Of a DNA stretch of 64,000 nucleotides, positions 18,282 to 29,432 are shown piece after piece. Each line of letters starts with the position of its first letter. The first letter of the stretch is position 1. A program made the position numbers and the translations under genes. Below the pieces are notes generated by a model. It did not search any database, had not been told where the DNA came from, and saw only the letters and a list, made by a program, of their open reading frames with translations. The DNA is from Nitrospinales bacterium (GTDB lineage: Bacteria; Nitrospinota; Nitrospinia; Nitrospinales; VA-1): positions 736,001 through 800,000 of the forward strand of contig CBDCWG010000012.1 in assembly GCA_965223345.1 (NCBI GenBank), given 5' to 3'.

Positions 18282-19013
18282 CTACTCAATGTAGGCGGTG
18301 ATTTTCTGCAGTAATTTTTCGCCGCGCTCGCGGATGCTTTTGACTTCGGGATGGCCGGCATCCTGCTGCGTGTTTTGCAGCAGCTTGTTGAGGACGTCGC
18401 GGGCGGGGACGAATTGATGGTCCTGGTAATAGGCTTCGGCGAGGAACAGGTAGTTGTCGCCCATCTGCGGCCCCAGCCGCACCGCTTCTTTAAAATGGGC
18501 GATGGATTTTTCCAGGCTGCCGCCCAAAAGGCCGGGCAGCTCCATGTACAATTTCCCCAGCGCCCGGTGCGGCCCGCCCGATTCGACGGAAGGATCGAAC
18601 TGGATGGCGGCCTGCATGTCCTTCTTGAACGGTTTGATGATCTTCAGACTGCTCCACACGCCCTGACTTTCCCCCTGTTTGCCGCGGCACAGGCCGCGGA
18701 AGAAATAACCGATGGCCGACTGGGGATCGAGCTTGAGGGCCTCATCGGCGGACCGGATGCAGGACTGGTAGCTCCGGTTTTTCGCGTCTCCCTGGCTCAG
18801 GTTCCCCTGGGCGAAATGGTTGCGCGCCTGCCTCCAGGCCAGATCCGCAGACGGATTCTGCTGCATGCGTTCGGTGAGGATTTGCAACTGGTTTTGCAGG
18901 GCGCTGCGATCGGATTTGCTCGCGCGGTGCTGCCGGTCGAGGGTTTCAAGGCTGTCCGGATCCGTCGGAGAGGCGAACGTCAGGAGTAGGGCCAACAGGA
19001 AGGGGGGGATCAT
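18282..19013 (-). CDS. Exported TPR protein resembling the TRAP-T (TatT) component
   Basis: Signal peptide and TPR helices; GGPHRALGKLY..LPGLLGG motif. Confidence 0.6.
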   Translation of the reverse strand: MIPPFLLALLLTFASPTDPDSLETLDRQHRASKSDRSALQNQLQILTERMQQNPSADLAWRQARNHFAQGNLSQGDAKNRSYQSCIRSADEALKLDPQSAIGYFFRGLCRGKQGESQGVWSSLKIIKPFKKDMQAAIQFDPSVESGGPHRALGKLYMELPGLLGGSLEKSIAHFKEAVRLGPQMGDNYLFLAEAYYQDHQFVPARDVLNKLLQNTQQDAGHPEVKSIRERGEKLLQKITAYIE

Positions 19014-19164
19014 GATGACGGATTAATTCCTTCTCAAGTGTCCTCTTGAATGATAGTCTATATTTGCCTCAAAGATGAAATCAAAATTTTGCCGCATCGG
19101 TACGGCCCCGCGGAGTCTTGAACGCCAAGGCTTCGGATTCGTCAACCACAATTTATCACACATC

Positions 19165-19764
19165 ATGCGAATGCACGCCAAAGCGCTGGGTTGGGTTTTG
19201 ATTTTCTTTTTGTTTGCGGGTGCGTCCCAAGGGGCGGCGCCCAAGGAGTCGGTGGAAAAACTTTTGCAGGCCATCCAGTCGATTCAGACCGGCGACGCGG
19301 TTTCCAAGGAGCAGAAGAAAAAAAACCGCGAGCTTTCCGATCGTGCGCTGGGTTATCTGGATGTGACGGAAGTCAGCAAGAAAGCCCTGGGGAAACACTG
19401 GGCGAAACGGTCGGATGCGGAGAAAAAGCAGTTCCGCGACCTTTTGAGCGAGTTGTTCGTCTACGTGGCGTTTCCCAACTCGGGCAAATTCTTCAAGGAC
19501 CTCAAACTGGAATACGCGGAATCCGAGGTCAACAAAACCCGCGCCCTGGTTCCGATGACGGTGCTGCACAAGGAAGAGGGGGAAGTGGATATCGATTTTT
19601 TTCTCGAGTCGAAAAAGGATGGCTGGAAGGTGGTCGATGTGCACCTCGACGGGATCAGCATGCGCAACAATCTGCGCAGCCAGTTTTACAGGGTGATCGC
19701 GGAAAAAGATTTCAACGAATTGATGAAACGCATGCAAAAAAAACTCAAGGAAGCGAAAGCGTGA
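19165..19764 (+). CDS. MlaC/Ttg2D family periplasmic lipid-binding protein
   Basis: Signal peptide; ALGKHW...EKKQF..L and WKVVDV.LDGISM..N.RSQF motifs. Start codon is uncertain. Confidence 0.85.
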   Translation: MRMHAKALGWVLIFFLFAGASQGAAPKESVEKLLQAIQSIQTGDAVSKEQKKKNRELSDRALGYLDVTEVSKKALGKHWAKRSDAEKKQFRDLLSELFVYVAFPNSGKFFKDLKLEYAESEVNKTRALVPMTVLHKEEGEVDIDFFLESKKDGWKVVDVHLDGISMRNNLRSQFYRVIAEKDFNELMKRMQKKLKEAKA

Positions 19765-19789
19765 GGGATCGTGTGAAACGGCGTCGGGC

Positions 19790-21145
19790 ATGAAGAAGAT
19801 CGGCGTGGTCAGCCTGGGCTGTCCCAAAAATACCGTGGATACGGAATACGTGCTGGGCGATCTCACGGCGTCGGGCTATGCCATCACGCCCCGCTACGAA
19901 GAAGCGGAAGTGCTCATCGTCAACACCTGCGGGTTCATCGAATCGGCGACGCGCGAGTCGATCGACGCCATTCTCGAGATGGCGCAGTTCAAAACCGAGG
20001 GGCGATGCCGGCAGCTGATCGTGACCGGCTGTCTGTCCGAACGCTACCGGGAAGACCTGCTGAAGGAGATCCCGGAGATCGACGCCCTTTTGGGCGTGCA
20101 CCAGTATCCCCAGCTCAAAGAGATCATCCGGCAATCCACAAGTGCGGGACCGGGCTCCAACGGCGGCAGCCATCTGGATCTGCCGGCGGCTTATTTTGAA
20201 TCGTATGCCAACCGGGTGCTGACGACGCCGGGTTACTCCGCCTATCTCAAGATCGCGGAAGGCTGTTCGAACCGCTGCTCGTTCTGCATCATCCCGAAGA
20301 TGCGCGGCCGGTTTCGCAGCCAGCCGATCGAGTCGATCCTGCGGGAGGCGCGCGGGCTTGCGGCGCAGGGTGTCAAGGAATTCAATCTCATCTCGCAGGA
20401 CACGACGATGTACGGTCTGGACCTGGGGATGAAACACGGCCTGGTTCAACTTCTGCAAGCGCTGTCGCGCGAGGACGGAGTGGAATGGATCCGGCTGTTC
20501 TATTGTTATCCGACCTTCATCGACCCCGTCCTGATCGATTGCATCGCGACGGAGGAGAAAGTTTTGAACTACATCGACGTGCCGCTGCAGCACTCGCACG
20601 ATGCGATGCTCAAAAAAATGAAACGCCAGGAAACCGAAAAGCAGGTACGCGGCATGATCGACGCCATTCGCGACAAGATCCCGGATGTGGCGCTGAGGAC
20701 CACGTTCATCACCGGATTCCCAGGCGAAACCGGCGCTCACTTTCAACACACGGCCCGGTTTCTTGAGGAAATCGAATTCGATCATGTGGGGGTGTTCACC
20801 TATTCGCACGAGGAGGGCACGACCGCCTTTGAATACCGGGACGATGTGCCTGCCGAAGAAAAAGAAGCGCGCAAAGCCGCATTGATGGCGATCCAAAAAG
20901 ATATCAGTCTGAAGAAAAACCGTGCGCGGGTGGGAGAGGTGCATCCGGTGCTGGTCGAAGGCGCGGACCCCGATGAGGGCTATCTGGTCACCGGCCGGCT
21001 TAGGTCGCAGGCTCCCGAGATCGACGGGCAGGTGATCGTCGAGGCGAGCGATGTGCAGCCGGGCGAGATCGTGCCCATGCGCATCACCGGGGCGATGGAT
21101 TACGATCTTGTCGCGCAGGCGGAGGCACAGAGACTGGCCGGTTGA
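19790..21145 (+). CDS. rimO: Ribosomal protein S12 methylthiotransferase
   Basis: SLGCPKN.VD, NTCGFI, radical SAM motif CSNRCSFC, and a TRAM end with APEIDG. Confidence 0.95.
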   Translation: MKKIGVVSLGCPKNTVDTEYVLGDLTASGYAITPRYEEAEVLIVNTCGFIESATRESIDAILEMAQFKTEGRCRQLIVTGCLSERYREDLLKEIPEIDALLGVHQYPQLKEIIRQSTSAGPGSNGGSHLDLPAAYFESYANRVLTTPGYSAYLKIAEGCSNRCSFCIIPKMRGRFRSQPIESILREARGLAAQGVKEFNLISQDTTMYGLDLGMKHGLVQLLQALSREDGVEWIRLFYCYPTFIDPVLIDCIATEEKVLNYIDVPLQHSHDAMLKKMKRQETEKQVRGMIDAIRDKIPDVALRTTFITGFPGETGAHFQHTARFLEEIEFDHVGVFTYSHEEGTTAFEYRDDVPAEEKEARKAALMAIQKDISLKKNRARVGEVHPVLVEGADPDEGYLVTGRLRSQAPEIDGQVIVEASDVQPGEIVPMRITGAMDYDLVAQAEAQRLAG

Positions 21146-21215
21146 CGTGTCCGTGTTTATTCTTGTTAGAGTTCTCTCCTGAGATCAAACCGCATTCCAT
21201 GATACGTGGCATTCG

Positions 21216-22310
21216 ATGAAACTCAAACGCCTGGGAATACTGACCGGAGGCGGAGATTGCGCGGGCCTCAACGCCGTCATCCGCGCGGTGACGCGCACCG
21301 CTCATTTCGAGCACGGAGCGCAGGTGATCGGGATCGAGCTGGGGTTCGACGGGTTGATCTTCGATTACCACAAAGAACTCACCTACGATAACACCAAAGA
21401 CATCCTGCCTTTGGGCGGCACCGTCCTGGGCACCACCAACAAGGGAAACCCGTTCGCCTATCGGGAATTCGGTGCGGATGGCCAGGTTGTCGAAACCGAT
21501 TATTCCCAGAGGGCGCTGGAGAATTTCAAGCGGCTCAAACTCGATTGCCTGTTTGTGGTGGGTGGTGAGGGAACGCTGATGATCGGGCAACGGTTGTTCG
21601 AGCTGGGCCTGCCGGTGATCGGGATTCCCAAAACCATCGACAACGATCTCGGCGAGACGGACTACACATTCGGCTTTCAGACCGCGGTGCAGGTGGCCAC
21701 GGATGCGCTGGACCGGCTGCACACCACCGGCCGGAGCCACCGCCGGGTCATGATCCTGGAAGTGATGGGGCGGCATGCGGGCTGGATCGCGCTGGAGGCG
21801 GGGATAGCCGGGGGCGCCCACATCATTCTGATTCCGGAGGTGCCCTATCATCTGGATAAAGTCCTGGGCAAGATCCGGCAGCGCGAGGCGGACGGCTATC
21901 CGTTCAGCATCCTGGTGGTGGCGGAAGGGGCGCATGAGGTCGGCGGACGCGAGATCATCCTGAAGAGCGCCTCCAGCCGTCTGCAGGGGGTCGCCCAACT
22001 GGGCGGCGTCGGCAATCACCTCGCCGATGCCATCAGTAAGCAGATCGACCTGGAAGTCCGGTGCACGGTATTGGGCCACACTCAGCGGGGAGGCACCCCC
22101 AACAGTTTCGACCGGGTTCTGGGAACCCGGCTCGGGGCGTATGCCGTGCGGGCCGCCGCGGCGGGCGAGTTCGGCACCATGGTCGCCCTGAAAACCCCGG
22201 AAATGACTCTGGTTCCCATGCAGGGCCTGGCCGGGAAAATCCGCAACGTGCCGATGAATTCCCAGCTCATCGACTGCGCGGAGTCCGTCGGAATCAGCCT
22301 CGGCCGCTAA
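21216..22310 (+). CDS. pfkA: 6-phosphofructokinase (PfkA family)
   Basis: Motifs TGGGDCAGLN, GGEGT, PKTIDND, EVMGRHAG and LGHTQRGG. Confidence 0.93.
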   Translation: MKLKRLGILTGGGDCAGLNAVIRAVTRTAHFEHGAQVIGIELGFDGLIFDYHKELTYDNTKDILPLGGTVLGTTNKGNPFAYREFGADGQVVETDYSQRALENFKRLKLDCLFVVGGEGTLMIGQRLFELGLPVIGIPKTIDNDLGETDYTFGFQTAVQVATDALDRLHTTGRSHRRVMILEVMGRHAGWIALEAGIAGGAHIILIPEVPYHLDKVLGKIRQREADGYPFSILVVAEGAHEVGGREIILKSASSRLQGVAQLGGVGNHLADAISKQIDLEVRCTVLGHTQRGGTPNSFDRVLGTRLGAYAVRAAAAGEFGTMVALKTPEMTLVPMQGLAGKIRNVPMNSQLIDCAESVGISLGR

Positions 22311-22416
22311 GCCCCGCCCACGCCCTGTGGGCCGCGGGGTTTGTCCTTGTCACGTCATAGGCAGTGTGCTAATCTAGCCCTCCAAAGGATCTCATCCATA
22401 TAAAGTATTCTAATTT

Positions 22417-22493
22417 CACACGCAGCCGGATCGACCCCGGGGTGGCCTGATTCAGGTTCCGGGCGAGAGACGATGGCTGCGGCGGAAGAACCC
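22417..22493 (+). promoter_or_regulatory. rpsB 5' leader (S2 autoregulatory element)
   Basis: CACAC, a GCAGCC/GGCTGC stem, and GGGGT with a downstream AACCC that could form the pseudoknot, as in proteobacterial rpsB leaders. Confidence 0.65.
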
Positions 22494-22513
22494 ACACCTT
22501 GAAGGAGCGCATC

Positions 22514-23311
22514 ATGGCCGAAGTCACAATGAAGGGGCTGCTGGAGGCGGGTGTCCATTTTGGCCACCAGACCACCCGGTGGAGCCCGAAGATGAAGAAG
22601 TACATTTATGGCGCCCGAAATGGCATCCATATCGTCGATCTGCAGAAAACCCTAAAAAAATTTCGGGAGGCGGAAAAATTTGTCTCCGAAATTTCCCAGG
22701 CGGGTAAGAAAATCCTGTTTGTGGCCACCAAGAAGCAGGCGCAGGAGTTGATCGCCCAGGAAGCGGTCCGTTGCGGAATGTATTACGTGAATCAGCGCTG
22801 GCTCGGCGGCACGATGACGAACTTCACCACCATCCGCAAGAGCATCGACCGGTTGCTGGAACTGGAGCGGATGGAGGAAGAGAACGAGTTCGACCGGCTT
22901 CATAAGAAAGAAGCCTTGAAGAAAAGGAAGGAAATCGAAAAGCTGAATAAGTTTTTCCGGGGAATCAAACCGATGAAGCGGCTGCCCGATGTGATCTTCA
23001 TCGTGGACACCCGCAAAGAAAAAATCGCCCTCGCGGAAGCCAAAAAACTGGGAATCAAAATCATCGCCATTGTGGACACCAACTGCGATCCGGATGGGAT
23101 CGATTATCCGATTCCCGGGAACGACGACGCGATTCGTTCTATCAAGCTGTTCACCCAGCGGATCGCCGATCTGTGTGTCGAGGGCCAGGAAATGGTTCGG
23201 GCCCGTCAGGAGGAGGAAGCCTCCAGCAAACAGGAGGCTGCGGAAGCGGCTGCCGCAAGCGCCGGCGATGCCGCCTCGGACGAAAAAAGCGGAGACACGG
23301 TTCCTGCCTGA
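22514..23311 (+). CDS. rpsB: 30S ribosomal protein S2
   Basis: [23 protein letters not shown] and [18 protein letters not shown]. Confidence 0.98.
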   Translation: MAEVTMKGLLEAGVHFGHQTTRWSPKMKKYIYGARNGIHIVDLQKTLKKFREAEKFVSEISQAGKKILFVATKKQAQELIAQEAVRCGMYYVNQRWLGGTMTNFTTIRKSIDRLLELERMEEENEFDRLHKKEALKKRKEIEKLNKFFRGIKPMKRLPDVIFIVDTRKEKIALAEAKKLGIKIIAIVDTNCDPDGIDYPIPGNDDAIRSIKLFTQRIADLCVEGQEMVRARQEEEASSKQEAAEAAAASAGDAASDEKSGDTVPA

Positions 23312-23490
23312 TCGGCATGCCTTCCCCATCAATCCCGCCGGTTCATCGATCTTCAGTCTTCTGGGATTCCGGGGAGCCTCATGAGGGCTCCATTTCCGTT
23401 GCGATATTTCAGATTTGGAACAGGAGCGGGGACGTCGGGACCGGATAAACGGTAACTAACAATTTGTGAGTGTTGAGGAGTGAATTGAGG

Positions 23491-24084
23491 ATGGATATCA
23501 CTGCAGAAATGGTTAAAGAGCTGCGCACCAAATCCGGTGCGGGCATTATGGAATGCAAAAGCGCCCTGAAAGAGACCAAAGGCGATGTCGAGGAAGCGAT
23601 CACGTTTCTCAGGAAAAAGGGACTGGCCAAGGCGGGCAAGAAGTCGGATCGCCAGACCGGGGACGGAGCGATCGGGGCGTACATCCATGCTGGCAATAAA
23701 ATCGGTGTCATGGTGCGCCTTCACTGCGAAACCGATTTCGTCGCCAACACACCCGACTTTCAGGAATTGATCAAGGATATCGGCATGCACATCGCCGCTT
23801 CCAAGACCCGCTTCATCTCCCGGGAAGACGTCACCGAGGACGACATCAAAAAAGAGCGGGAAATTTTCGCGCATCAGGCGCGGGAATCGGGAAAACCCGA
23901 AAACATCATCGATAAGATCGTGGATGGGAAAATCGGCAAGTTTTACGAAGAAAACTGCCTGCTGGATCAGCCGTTCATCAAAGACACAAGCCTCACCGTC
24001 GGGGAATTGATCAAACAGAAGATCGCTCTTTTGGGAGAGAACATCACAGTCGGAGAGTTTGTCCGTTTTGAAATTTCCAAATAA
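23491..24084 (+). CDS. tsf: Elongation factor Ts (short form)
   Basis: [23 protein letters not shown] and LLDQPFIKD. Confidence 0.97.
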   Translation: MDITAEMVKELRTKSGAGIMECKSALKETKGDVEEAITFLRKKGLAKAGKKSDRQTGDGAIGAYIHAGNKIGVMVRLHCETDFVANTPDFQELIKDIGMHIAASKTRFISREDVTEDDIKKEREIFAHQARESGKPENIIDKIVDGKIGKFYEENCLLDQPFIKDTSLTVGELIKQKIALLGENITVGEFVRFEISK

Positions 24085-24098
24085 AGGGTGAGTCATTT

Positions 24099-24818
24099 AT
24101 GGACAGACCGATATACAGCCGCGTTCTCCTCAAACTGGGGGGTGAAAGCCTCGCAGCCAAAGACGGAGGTTTCGGCATCGACCAGGACGCATTGCAGGGC
24201 ATCGCAACGGAAATCCATGAGGCCCGCGACCTGGGTGTGGAGATCGCGATCGTCATCGGCGGCGGCAATATTTTTCGCGGTGTGACCGCCAGCAATCTCG
24301 GTATGGAGCGGGTCACCGCCGATTACATGGGCATGCTCGCGACGGTCATCAATGCGCTCGCTCTCCAGCATGCCTTGGAAGCGCGCGGCATCTCCACACG
24401 CGTGCAGACCGCCATCGAAATCCACCAGCTTGCGGAACCCTATGTGCGGCGCCGGGCGATCCGGCATCTTGAAAAAGGACGGATCATCATTTTTGCCGGT
24501 GGAACCGGCAACCCGTATTTCACGACCGACACCGCCGCCTCCCTGCGCGCGATGGAGATCAATGCGAATGTGATATTCAAGGCGACGAAGGTGGACGGCA
24601 TTTATTCTTCGGACCCGCTCGTGGATTCCGGGGCGACGAAATTCAGCGAGTTGTCTTATCTCGACGTTTTGCAGAAAGGGCTGAAAGTGATGGATTCCAC
24701 ATCGGTGTCCCTCTGCATGGACAACAAGCTGCCCATGGTGATTTTCAATGTGCGGCAGAAAAGCAGCATCAAGCGGGTTCTACTCGGTGAAAAAATCGGC
24801 ACCACAGTAGGAGTTTGA
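24099..24818 (+). CDS. pyrH: UMP kinase
   Basis: [23 protein letters not shown] and [11 protein letters not shown]. Confidence 0.98.
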   Translation: MDRPIYSRVLLKLGGESLAAKDGGFGIDQDALQGIATEIHEARDLGVEIAIVIGGGNIFRGVTASNLGMERVTADYMGMLATVINALALQHALEARGISTRVQTAIEIHQLAEPYVRRRAIRHLEKGRIIIFAGGTGNPYFTTDTAASLRAMEINANVIFKATKVDGIYSSDPLVDSGATKFSELSYLDVLQKGLKVMDSTSVSLCMDNKLPMVIFNVRQKSSIKRVLLGEKIGTTVGV

Positions 24819-25378
24819 ACGTGATCGAAAAATTGATCAAGGAATCCGAAGCAAAAATGGGGTACTCCCTGGATCATTTGCGGACCGATCTGGCCAAGCT
24901 GAGAACCGGGCGTGCTTCCCTTGCGATTCTTGAAGATATCAAGGTGGATTACTACGGCAATCCGACCCCGCTGAATCAGGTGGGAACCCTTGCGGTTCCA
25001 GATGCATCGACCATCACCATTCAGCCTTGGGATGCTTCCGTGCTCAAAGACATCGAAAAAGCGGTGCAAAGCTCGGACCTGGGGTTGACGCCGAACAACG
25101 ACGGCAAATTGATCCGTTTGACCATCCCTCCGCTCACGCAGGAGAGGCGGCAGCAGCTGGGCAAGGTGGTCAAAAAACACGCGGAAGAGTGCAAGGTGGC
25201 CATCCGCAACCTGAGACGGGTTTTCAACGACAAGGTCAAGGCGATGGAAAAAAGCCACGAGATATCCCAGGATGACAGCCACAAATACATCGACAAAATG
25301 CAGAAGATCACCGATGCGCACATCGGGGATGTGGACAAGATCGCCCAGGCGAAAGAAAAAGATATCATGGATGTTTGA
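24815..25378 (+). CDS. frr: Ribosome recycling factor
   Basis: [20 protein letters not shown] and [11 protein letters not shown] start overlapping the pyrH stop. Confidence 0.97.
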   Translation: MNVIEKLIKESEAKMGYSLDHLRTDLAKLRTGRASLAILEDIKVDYYGNPTPLNQVGTLAVPDASTITIQPWDASVLKDIEKAVQSSDLGLTPNNDGKLIRLTIPPLTQERRQQLGKVVKKHAEECKVAIRNLRRVFNDKVKAMEKSHEISQDDSHKYIDKMQKITDAHIGDVDKIAQAKEKDIMDV

Positions 25379-25476
25379 CTCGCTCTCATCGATGTTTCCT
25401 CATTTACCCTGGCAGTCCCCCATCCCAGGATTCGATTGAGTCGGATTTATTTTCCCCGCATTCAGGAGACGGCTTC

Positions 25477-26232
25477 TTGACGGATGCGAATTTGAAAGAC
25501 CAGATTGATCCCAACCGCCTTCCGCGCCATATCGCCATCATCATGGACGGAAACGGACGCTGGGCGCGGAACAACCGCCGGCCTCGTGTGGAAGGACACC
25601 GCGAGGGGGTCAAAGCGGTGGACCGGATGGTCACGCTGTGCCGCAAGATGAATATCGAGGCGCTCACGCTGTATGCGTTTTCGGACGAGAACTGGAACCG
25701 GCCGCTGGGCGAGATCAGCGCGCTCATGAAGATCCTCGATTTTTATCTCAAAAAAGAACTGGTGCGGATGCAAAACGAGAACATCCGTTTCAACACCATC
25801 GGCCGCATCGAAGAACTTCCTCCCGAAATCCAGAAAATCGTCCGCAATGCGGAAGAGGTCACCCGGCAAAATGACGGCATGACCCTGACTCTGGCGCTTA
25901 GCTACGGCGGCCGGCAGGAAATTCTTTCCGCGGTGAAGGAAATCGCCGGAAAAGTGCAGGCCGGTTTTCTCCAGGTGGAGGACATCGATCCCCAGTTGTT
26001 CGAATCCTTTCTTTCCACCCACCCTCTTCCCGATCCCGATCTGTTGATTCGAACCAGCGGTGAATTGAGGATCAGCAATTTTCTTTTGTACCAGATCGCC
26101 TACACGGAACTGCACTACACTTCGGTTTTGTGGCCGGATTTTTCCGAAGACGATTTGTTTCGTGCGCTCATCGACTACCAAAAACGGGAAAGACGATTTG
26201 GGCGCACCCGGGAACAAATCGTCAAGGTGTGA
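25477..26232 (+). CDS. uppS: Undecaprenyl diphosphate synthase
   Basis: HIAIIMDGNGRWA, YAFS.ENW.R and DLLIRTSGE.RISNF; TTG start after AGGAG. Confidence 0.96.
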   Translation: MTDANLKDQIDPNRLPRHIAIIMDGNGRWARNNRRPRVEGHREGVKAVDRMVTLCRKMNIEALTLYAFSDENWNRPLGEISALMKILDFYLKKELVRMQNENIRFNTIGRIEELPPEIQKIVRNAEEVTRQNDGMTLTLALSYGGRQEILSAVKEIAGKVQAGFLQVEDIDPQLFESFLSTHPLPDPDLLIRTSGELRISNFLLYQIAYTELHYTSVLWPDFSEDDLFRALIDYQKRERRFGRTREQIVKV

Positions 26233-26377
26233 GCCTGAGGATGCGGCCGCGTTGGATGCTTTTTCTGGCAAGCGGTCGTGAGGAAGCCCCTTGCGGCGGT
26301 GAAACCGGAGATCGCCGCCCATCCATAACAACTCTTTCAGCCCTTTCCGCTTTTTTCTCCCCAATGAGGTCGTTCTC

Positions 26378-27166
26378 TTGAAACGCGTTCTGAGCGCAGT
26401 CGTTTGCATACCCATCGTTTTGGGGATCGTTCTTTATGGTTCTTCCGAATGGTTTCTGCTGCTTGTGGTGCTCGCTGTGGGCGCCGGGGTGTACGAGTAT
26501 TTTTCCATGATCGCCAAAACGGGCGTAGAGGGTTTTCCGGTGCTGGGCGGGATTTTGAGCGCCCTTCTGATTTTTTGTTTTTATTTCGGCGGAATTTATT
26601 TTTTGGAGTGGGGCGTTTTGGCCTGCGTCTCTTTGTTTCTGGCCTGGATCGTTTGCGAAAAAAATGTCAAAGTGGCCGTCGATCAAATTGCATACACGCT
26701 GCTCGGTGTTTTTTATGTGGCCGGGCTTTCGGGTTATTTTTTGCTCATCCGGCAAATGGAAAATGGCCGATTCTGGCTTCTGTTTCTTTTCGCGATCATC
26801 TGGCTGGGCGATACGGCTGCTTATTATGGAGGCCGCTGGTGGGGACGTCGCACACTCGCCCCTTCGGTCAGCCCCAATAAAACTCTGGAAGGGGCTTTTT
26901 TCGGATTGTTGGGATCTCTATTGGGAGCGTTGATCGCGCATTTTGTGTTTTTGCAGTCGATTTCTTTATTCCATTGTTTGCTTGCAGGTGGCATTTGCGG
27001 TATGATCGGACAAATCGGAGATTTGGCCGAATCGTTGTTGAAGCGCAATGCTGGAGTGAAGGATTCCAGCGGGCTGATTCCGGGACACGGAGGAGTTCTG
27101 GACCGCATCGACAGTTTGTTGTTTGCCGGTCCAGTGTTTTATATCTATCACAAACTCTTTATATAG
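26378..27166 (+). CDS. cdsA: Phosphatidate cytidylyltransferase
   Basis: SPNKTLEG and GDLAESLLKRNAGVKDS..IPGHGGVLDRIDS. Confidence 0.96.
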   Translation: MKRVLSAVVCIPIVLGIVLYGSSEWFLLLVVLAVGAGVYEYFSMIAKTGVEGFPVLGGILSALLIFCFYFGGIYFLEWGVLACVSLFLAWIVCEKNVKVAVDQIAYTLLGVFYVAGLSGYFLLIRQMENGRFWLLFLFAIIWLGDTAAYYGGRWWGRRTLAPSVSPNKTLEGAFFGLLGSLLGALIAHFVFLQSISLFHCLLAGGICGMIGQIGDLAESLLKRNAGVKDSSGLIPGHGGVLDRIDSLLFAGPVFYIYHKLFI

Positions 27167-27260
27167 GGACTCTCTTTCGTTTCCCGTTCGTGGTTTTTCG
27201 CAGCGTGCCCTCCAGGTTGCGTGATTGAATTCAATCTAAAATTCTAATAGAGCCTTCCTT

Positions 27261-28412
27261 ATGAAGAGAATTTCCCTTTTGGGGTCCACCGGTTCCATCG
27301 GTGTGAATACTCTCGATGTCGTGGCGCGCAGTCCCGAGAAGTTTGAGGTGTGTGGCCTTTCCGCGGGAAGCAACGTGGAACTTCTGGCCCGGCAGGTGCA
27401 GCGGTTTCGGCCTAAAGTGGTTTCGGTCTTCGATGCGAGTAAACTTCCCGAGTTGAAAAAAATGCTCGCGGGTCAGAATGTGGAGCTGCTTTGTGGTGAT
27501 GCCGGTTCGATTGCGGTGGCCACGCATCCGGACGCGGACCTGGTGGTTTCCGGGATCGTCGGCAGCGCGGGGTTGGTGCCCACGCTCGCTGCTGTTGAAG
27601 CGGGCAAAAACCTGGCGCTGGCGAACAAGGAAACGCTGGTCATTGCGGGAGAGCTGGTTTGCGGCAAGTTGAAGGACCGTGCGTCGCTGATTCCGATCGA
27701 CAGCGAGCACAGCGCAATCTTTCAGGCTCTCAATGGCGAGAAAAAGGAACGAATCAAAAAAATCATCCTGACAGGTTCCGGCGGACCGTTTCGCACGTTT
27801 TCGAAAGAGCAGATGGAGCATGTCACGGTGCAGCAGGCGCTCAATCATCCCAACTGGTCGATGGGCAATAAAATCACGATCGACTCGGCGACCATGATGA
27901 ACAAGGGGCTCGAGTACATCGAAGCGAAATGGCTGTTCGGGCTGGATGTGGATGTGGACATCATCGTGCACGCCCAAAGCATCATTCATTCGATGATCGA
28001 ATTTGTGGACACCTCCATCATCGCTCAAATGGGCATCCCAGATATGCGCGTTCCCATTGCGTATGCGCTCTCCTTCCCCGACCGGTTGGACACGCAGCTC
28101 CCCTCGCTCAACTTCTCGAAAATAGCCCACCTCACGTTTGAGGCCCCCGATTTTGAGAAATTCCCCTGTCTCAAGCTCGCCATCGACGCGCTTGAAATGG
28201 GCAAGACCATGCCGGCGGTGTTGAACGCGGCCAACGAGGTGGCGGTTCAGGCGTTTCTGGATGAGCTGATTCCGTTCAAGGACATTCCGGAGATCATTCG
28301 CACGGCGATGGACAACCACGAATGCTTCCCCGTAACGTGCCTGGAGGATGTGATCGAGGCGGACCGGTGGGCGCGGGATGAAGCCCGCAAACTGGCGACC
28401 GTCCTGCATTGA
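27261..28412 (+). CDS. dxr: 1-deoxy-D-xylulose-5-phosphate reductoisomerase
   Basis: LGSTGSIG, LANKE, PIDSEHSA and HPNWSMG.KITIDSATMMNKGLE. Confidence 0.98.
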   Translation: MKRISLLGSTGSIGVNTLDVVARSPEKFEVCGLSAGSNVELLARQVQRFRPKVVSVFDASKLPELKKMLAGQNVELLCGDAGSIAVATHPDADLVVSGIVGSAGLVPTLAAVEAGKNLALANKETLVIAGELVCGKLKDRASLIPIDSEHSAIFQALNGEKKERIKKIILTGSGGPFRTFSKEQMEHVTVQQALNHPNWSMGNKITIDSATMMNKGLEYIEAKWLFGLDVDVDIIVHAQSIIHSMIEFVDTSIIAQMGIPDMRVPIAYALSFPDRLDTQLPSLNFSKIAHLTFEAPDFEKFPCLKLAIDALEMGKTMPAVLNAANEVAVQAFLDELIPFKDIPEIIRTAMDNHECFPVTCLEDVIEADRWARDEARKLATVLH

Positions 28413-28477
28413 CCCCGCTTGTTCCTAACGCCTTTCACGGGTTTGAATTTCTGATTTTGAATTTCTGATGTGGATCG

Positions 28478-28972
28478 ATGTATCGAATCGGTAACGGCTA
28501 CGACGTTCACCGTCTGGTTGAAGGCCGGGAGCTGATCCTGGGCGGGGTGACCATCCCGCATTCCCTGGGACTTCTGGGCCACTCGGATGCGGATGCGCTG
28601 ATGCATGCCGTCTGCGATGCGCTGTTGGGCGCCGCGGGTGCGGGGGACATCGGCACGCATTTCCCCAGCACGGACCCGCAATGGAAGGATGTTGCCAGCC
28701 GCGTGTTTCTCGAGGAAAGCGGGCGCATCTGCGGCGACCGGGGTTATGAAATCGCCAACGTCGATGCGACCATCGTGGCGCAAAAGCCGAAGATCGCGCC
28801 CTTCATCGCAGCGATGCAGCAGAACATTGCCGAATCCCTCAAACTGGATCCGGACCGGATCAACATCAAGGCCACCACCACCGAGAAACTGGGCTATGTC
28901 GGGCGCGAAGAGGGGATCGCCTGTTATGCGGTCGCCCTCTTGATGAAGACACCGCCCGACGACCCTTCCTGA
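28478..28972 (+). CDS. ispF: 2-C-methyl-D-erythritol 2,4-cyclodiphosphate synthase
   Basis: [22 protein letters not shown] and KATTTEKLG. Confidence 0.97.
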   Translation: MYRIGNGYDVHRLVEGRELILGGVTIPHSLGLLGHSDADALMHAVCDALLGAAGAGDIGTHFPSTDPQWKDVASRVFLEESGRICGDRGYEIANVDATIVAQKPKIAPFIAAMQQNIAESLKLDPDRINIKATTTEKLGYVGREEGIACYAVALLMKTPPDDPS

Positions 28973-29432
28973 TCGAGCGCAGGAAACGCAAACCCCACGG
29001 GTTGACCCGCTTTTCCACTCAAAAATTCCATTCGACGCTTCCCGGCAATCGCGGGATTCGGTGGCCACGGCGTTGTTTATCAACCTCTTATGGGGCTGCT
29101 GCTGCTCTGCCCCGGCCCGGATGCGAGGATGGGGCGCCGAAACGGGAACCCCGGCCCGGTGCCGGCGAGATCGCTCTCTTGGAAACCCCTGTATTTAAAC
29201 GGGTTTTATGGCTTTTGGGCGTCCTTTGGGTTTGCGGGCTTTTGCGGGTTTTTCTCTTTCTTTGCGGGGGGTTGTGTGCTAGATTAAGCGACTTTCCGGT
29301 TTAATTCCGACTTTGATATCTTAAGCTGCTGGTTTCAATACCCGGATCACACAATGGACAGTCTCTTTTGTTGCTTATGATTTCATCCCTCCTCTGGATC
29401 GGATAACTTGATTCCCCTCAATTTTTATTGGA

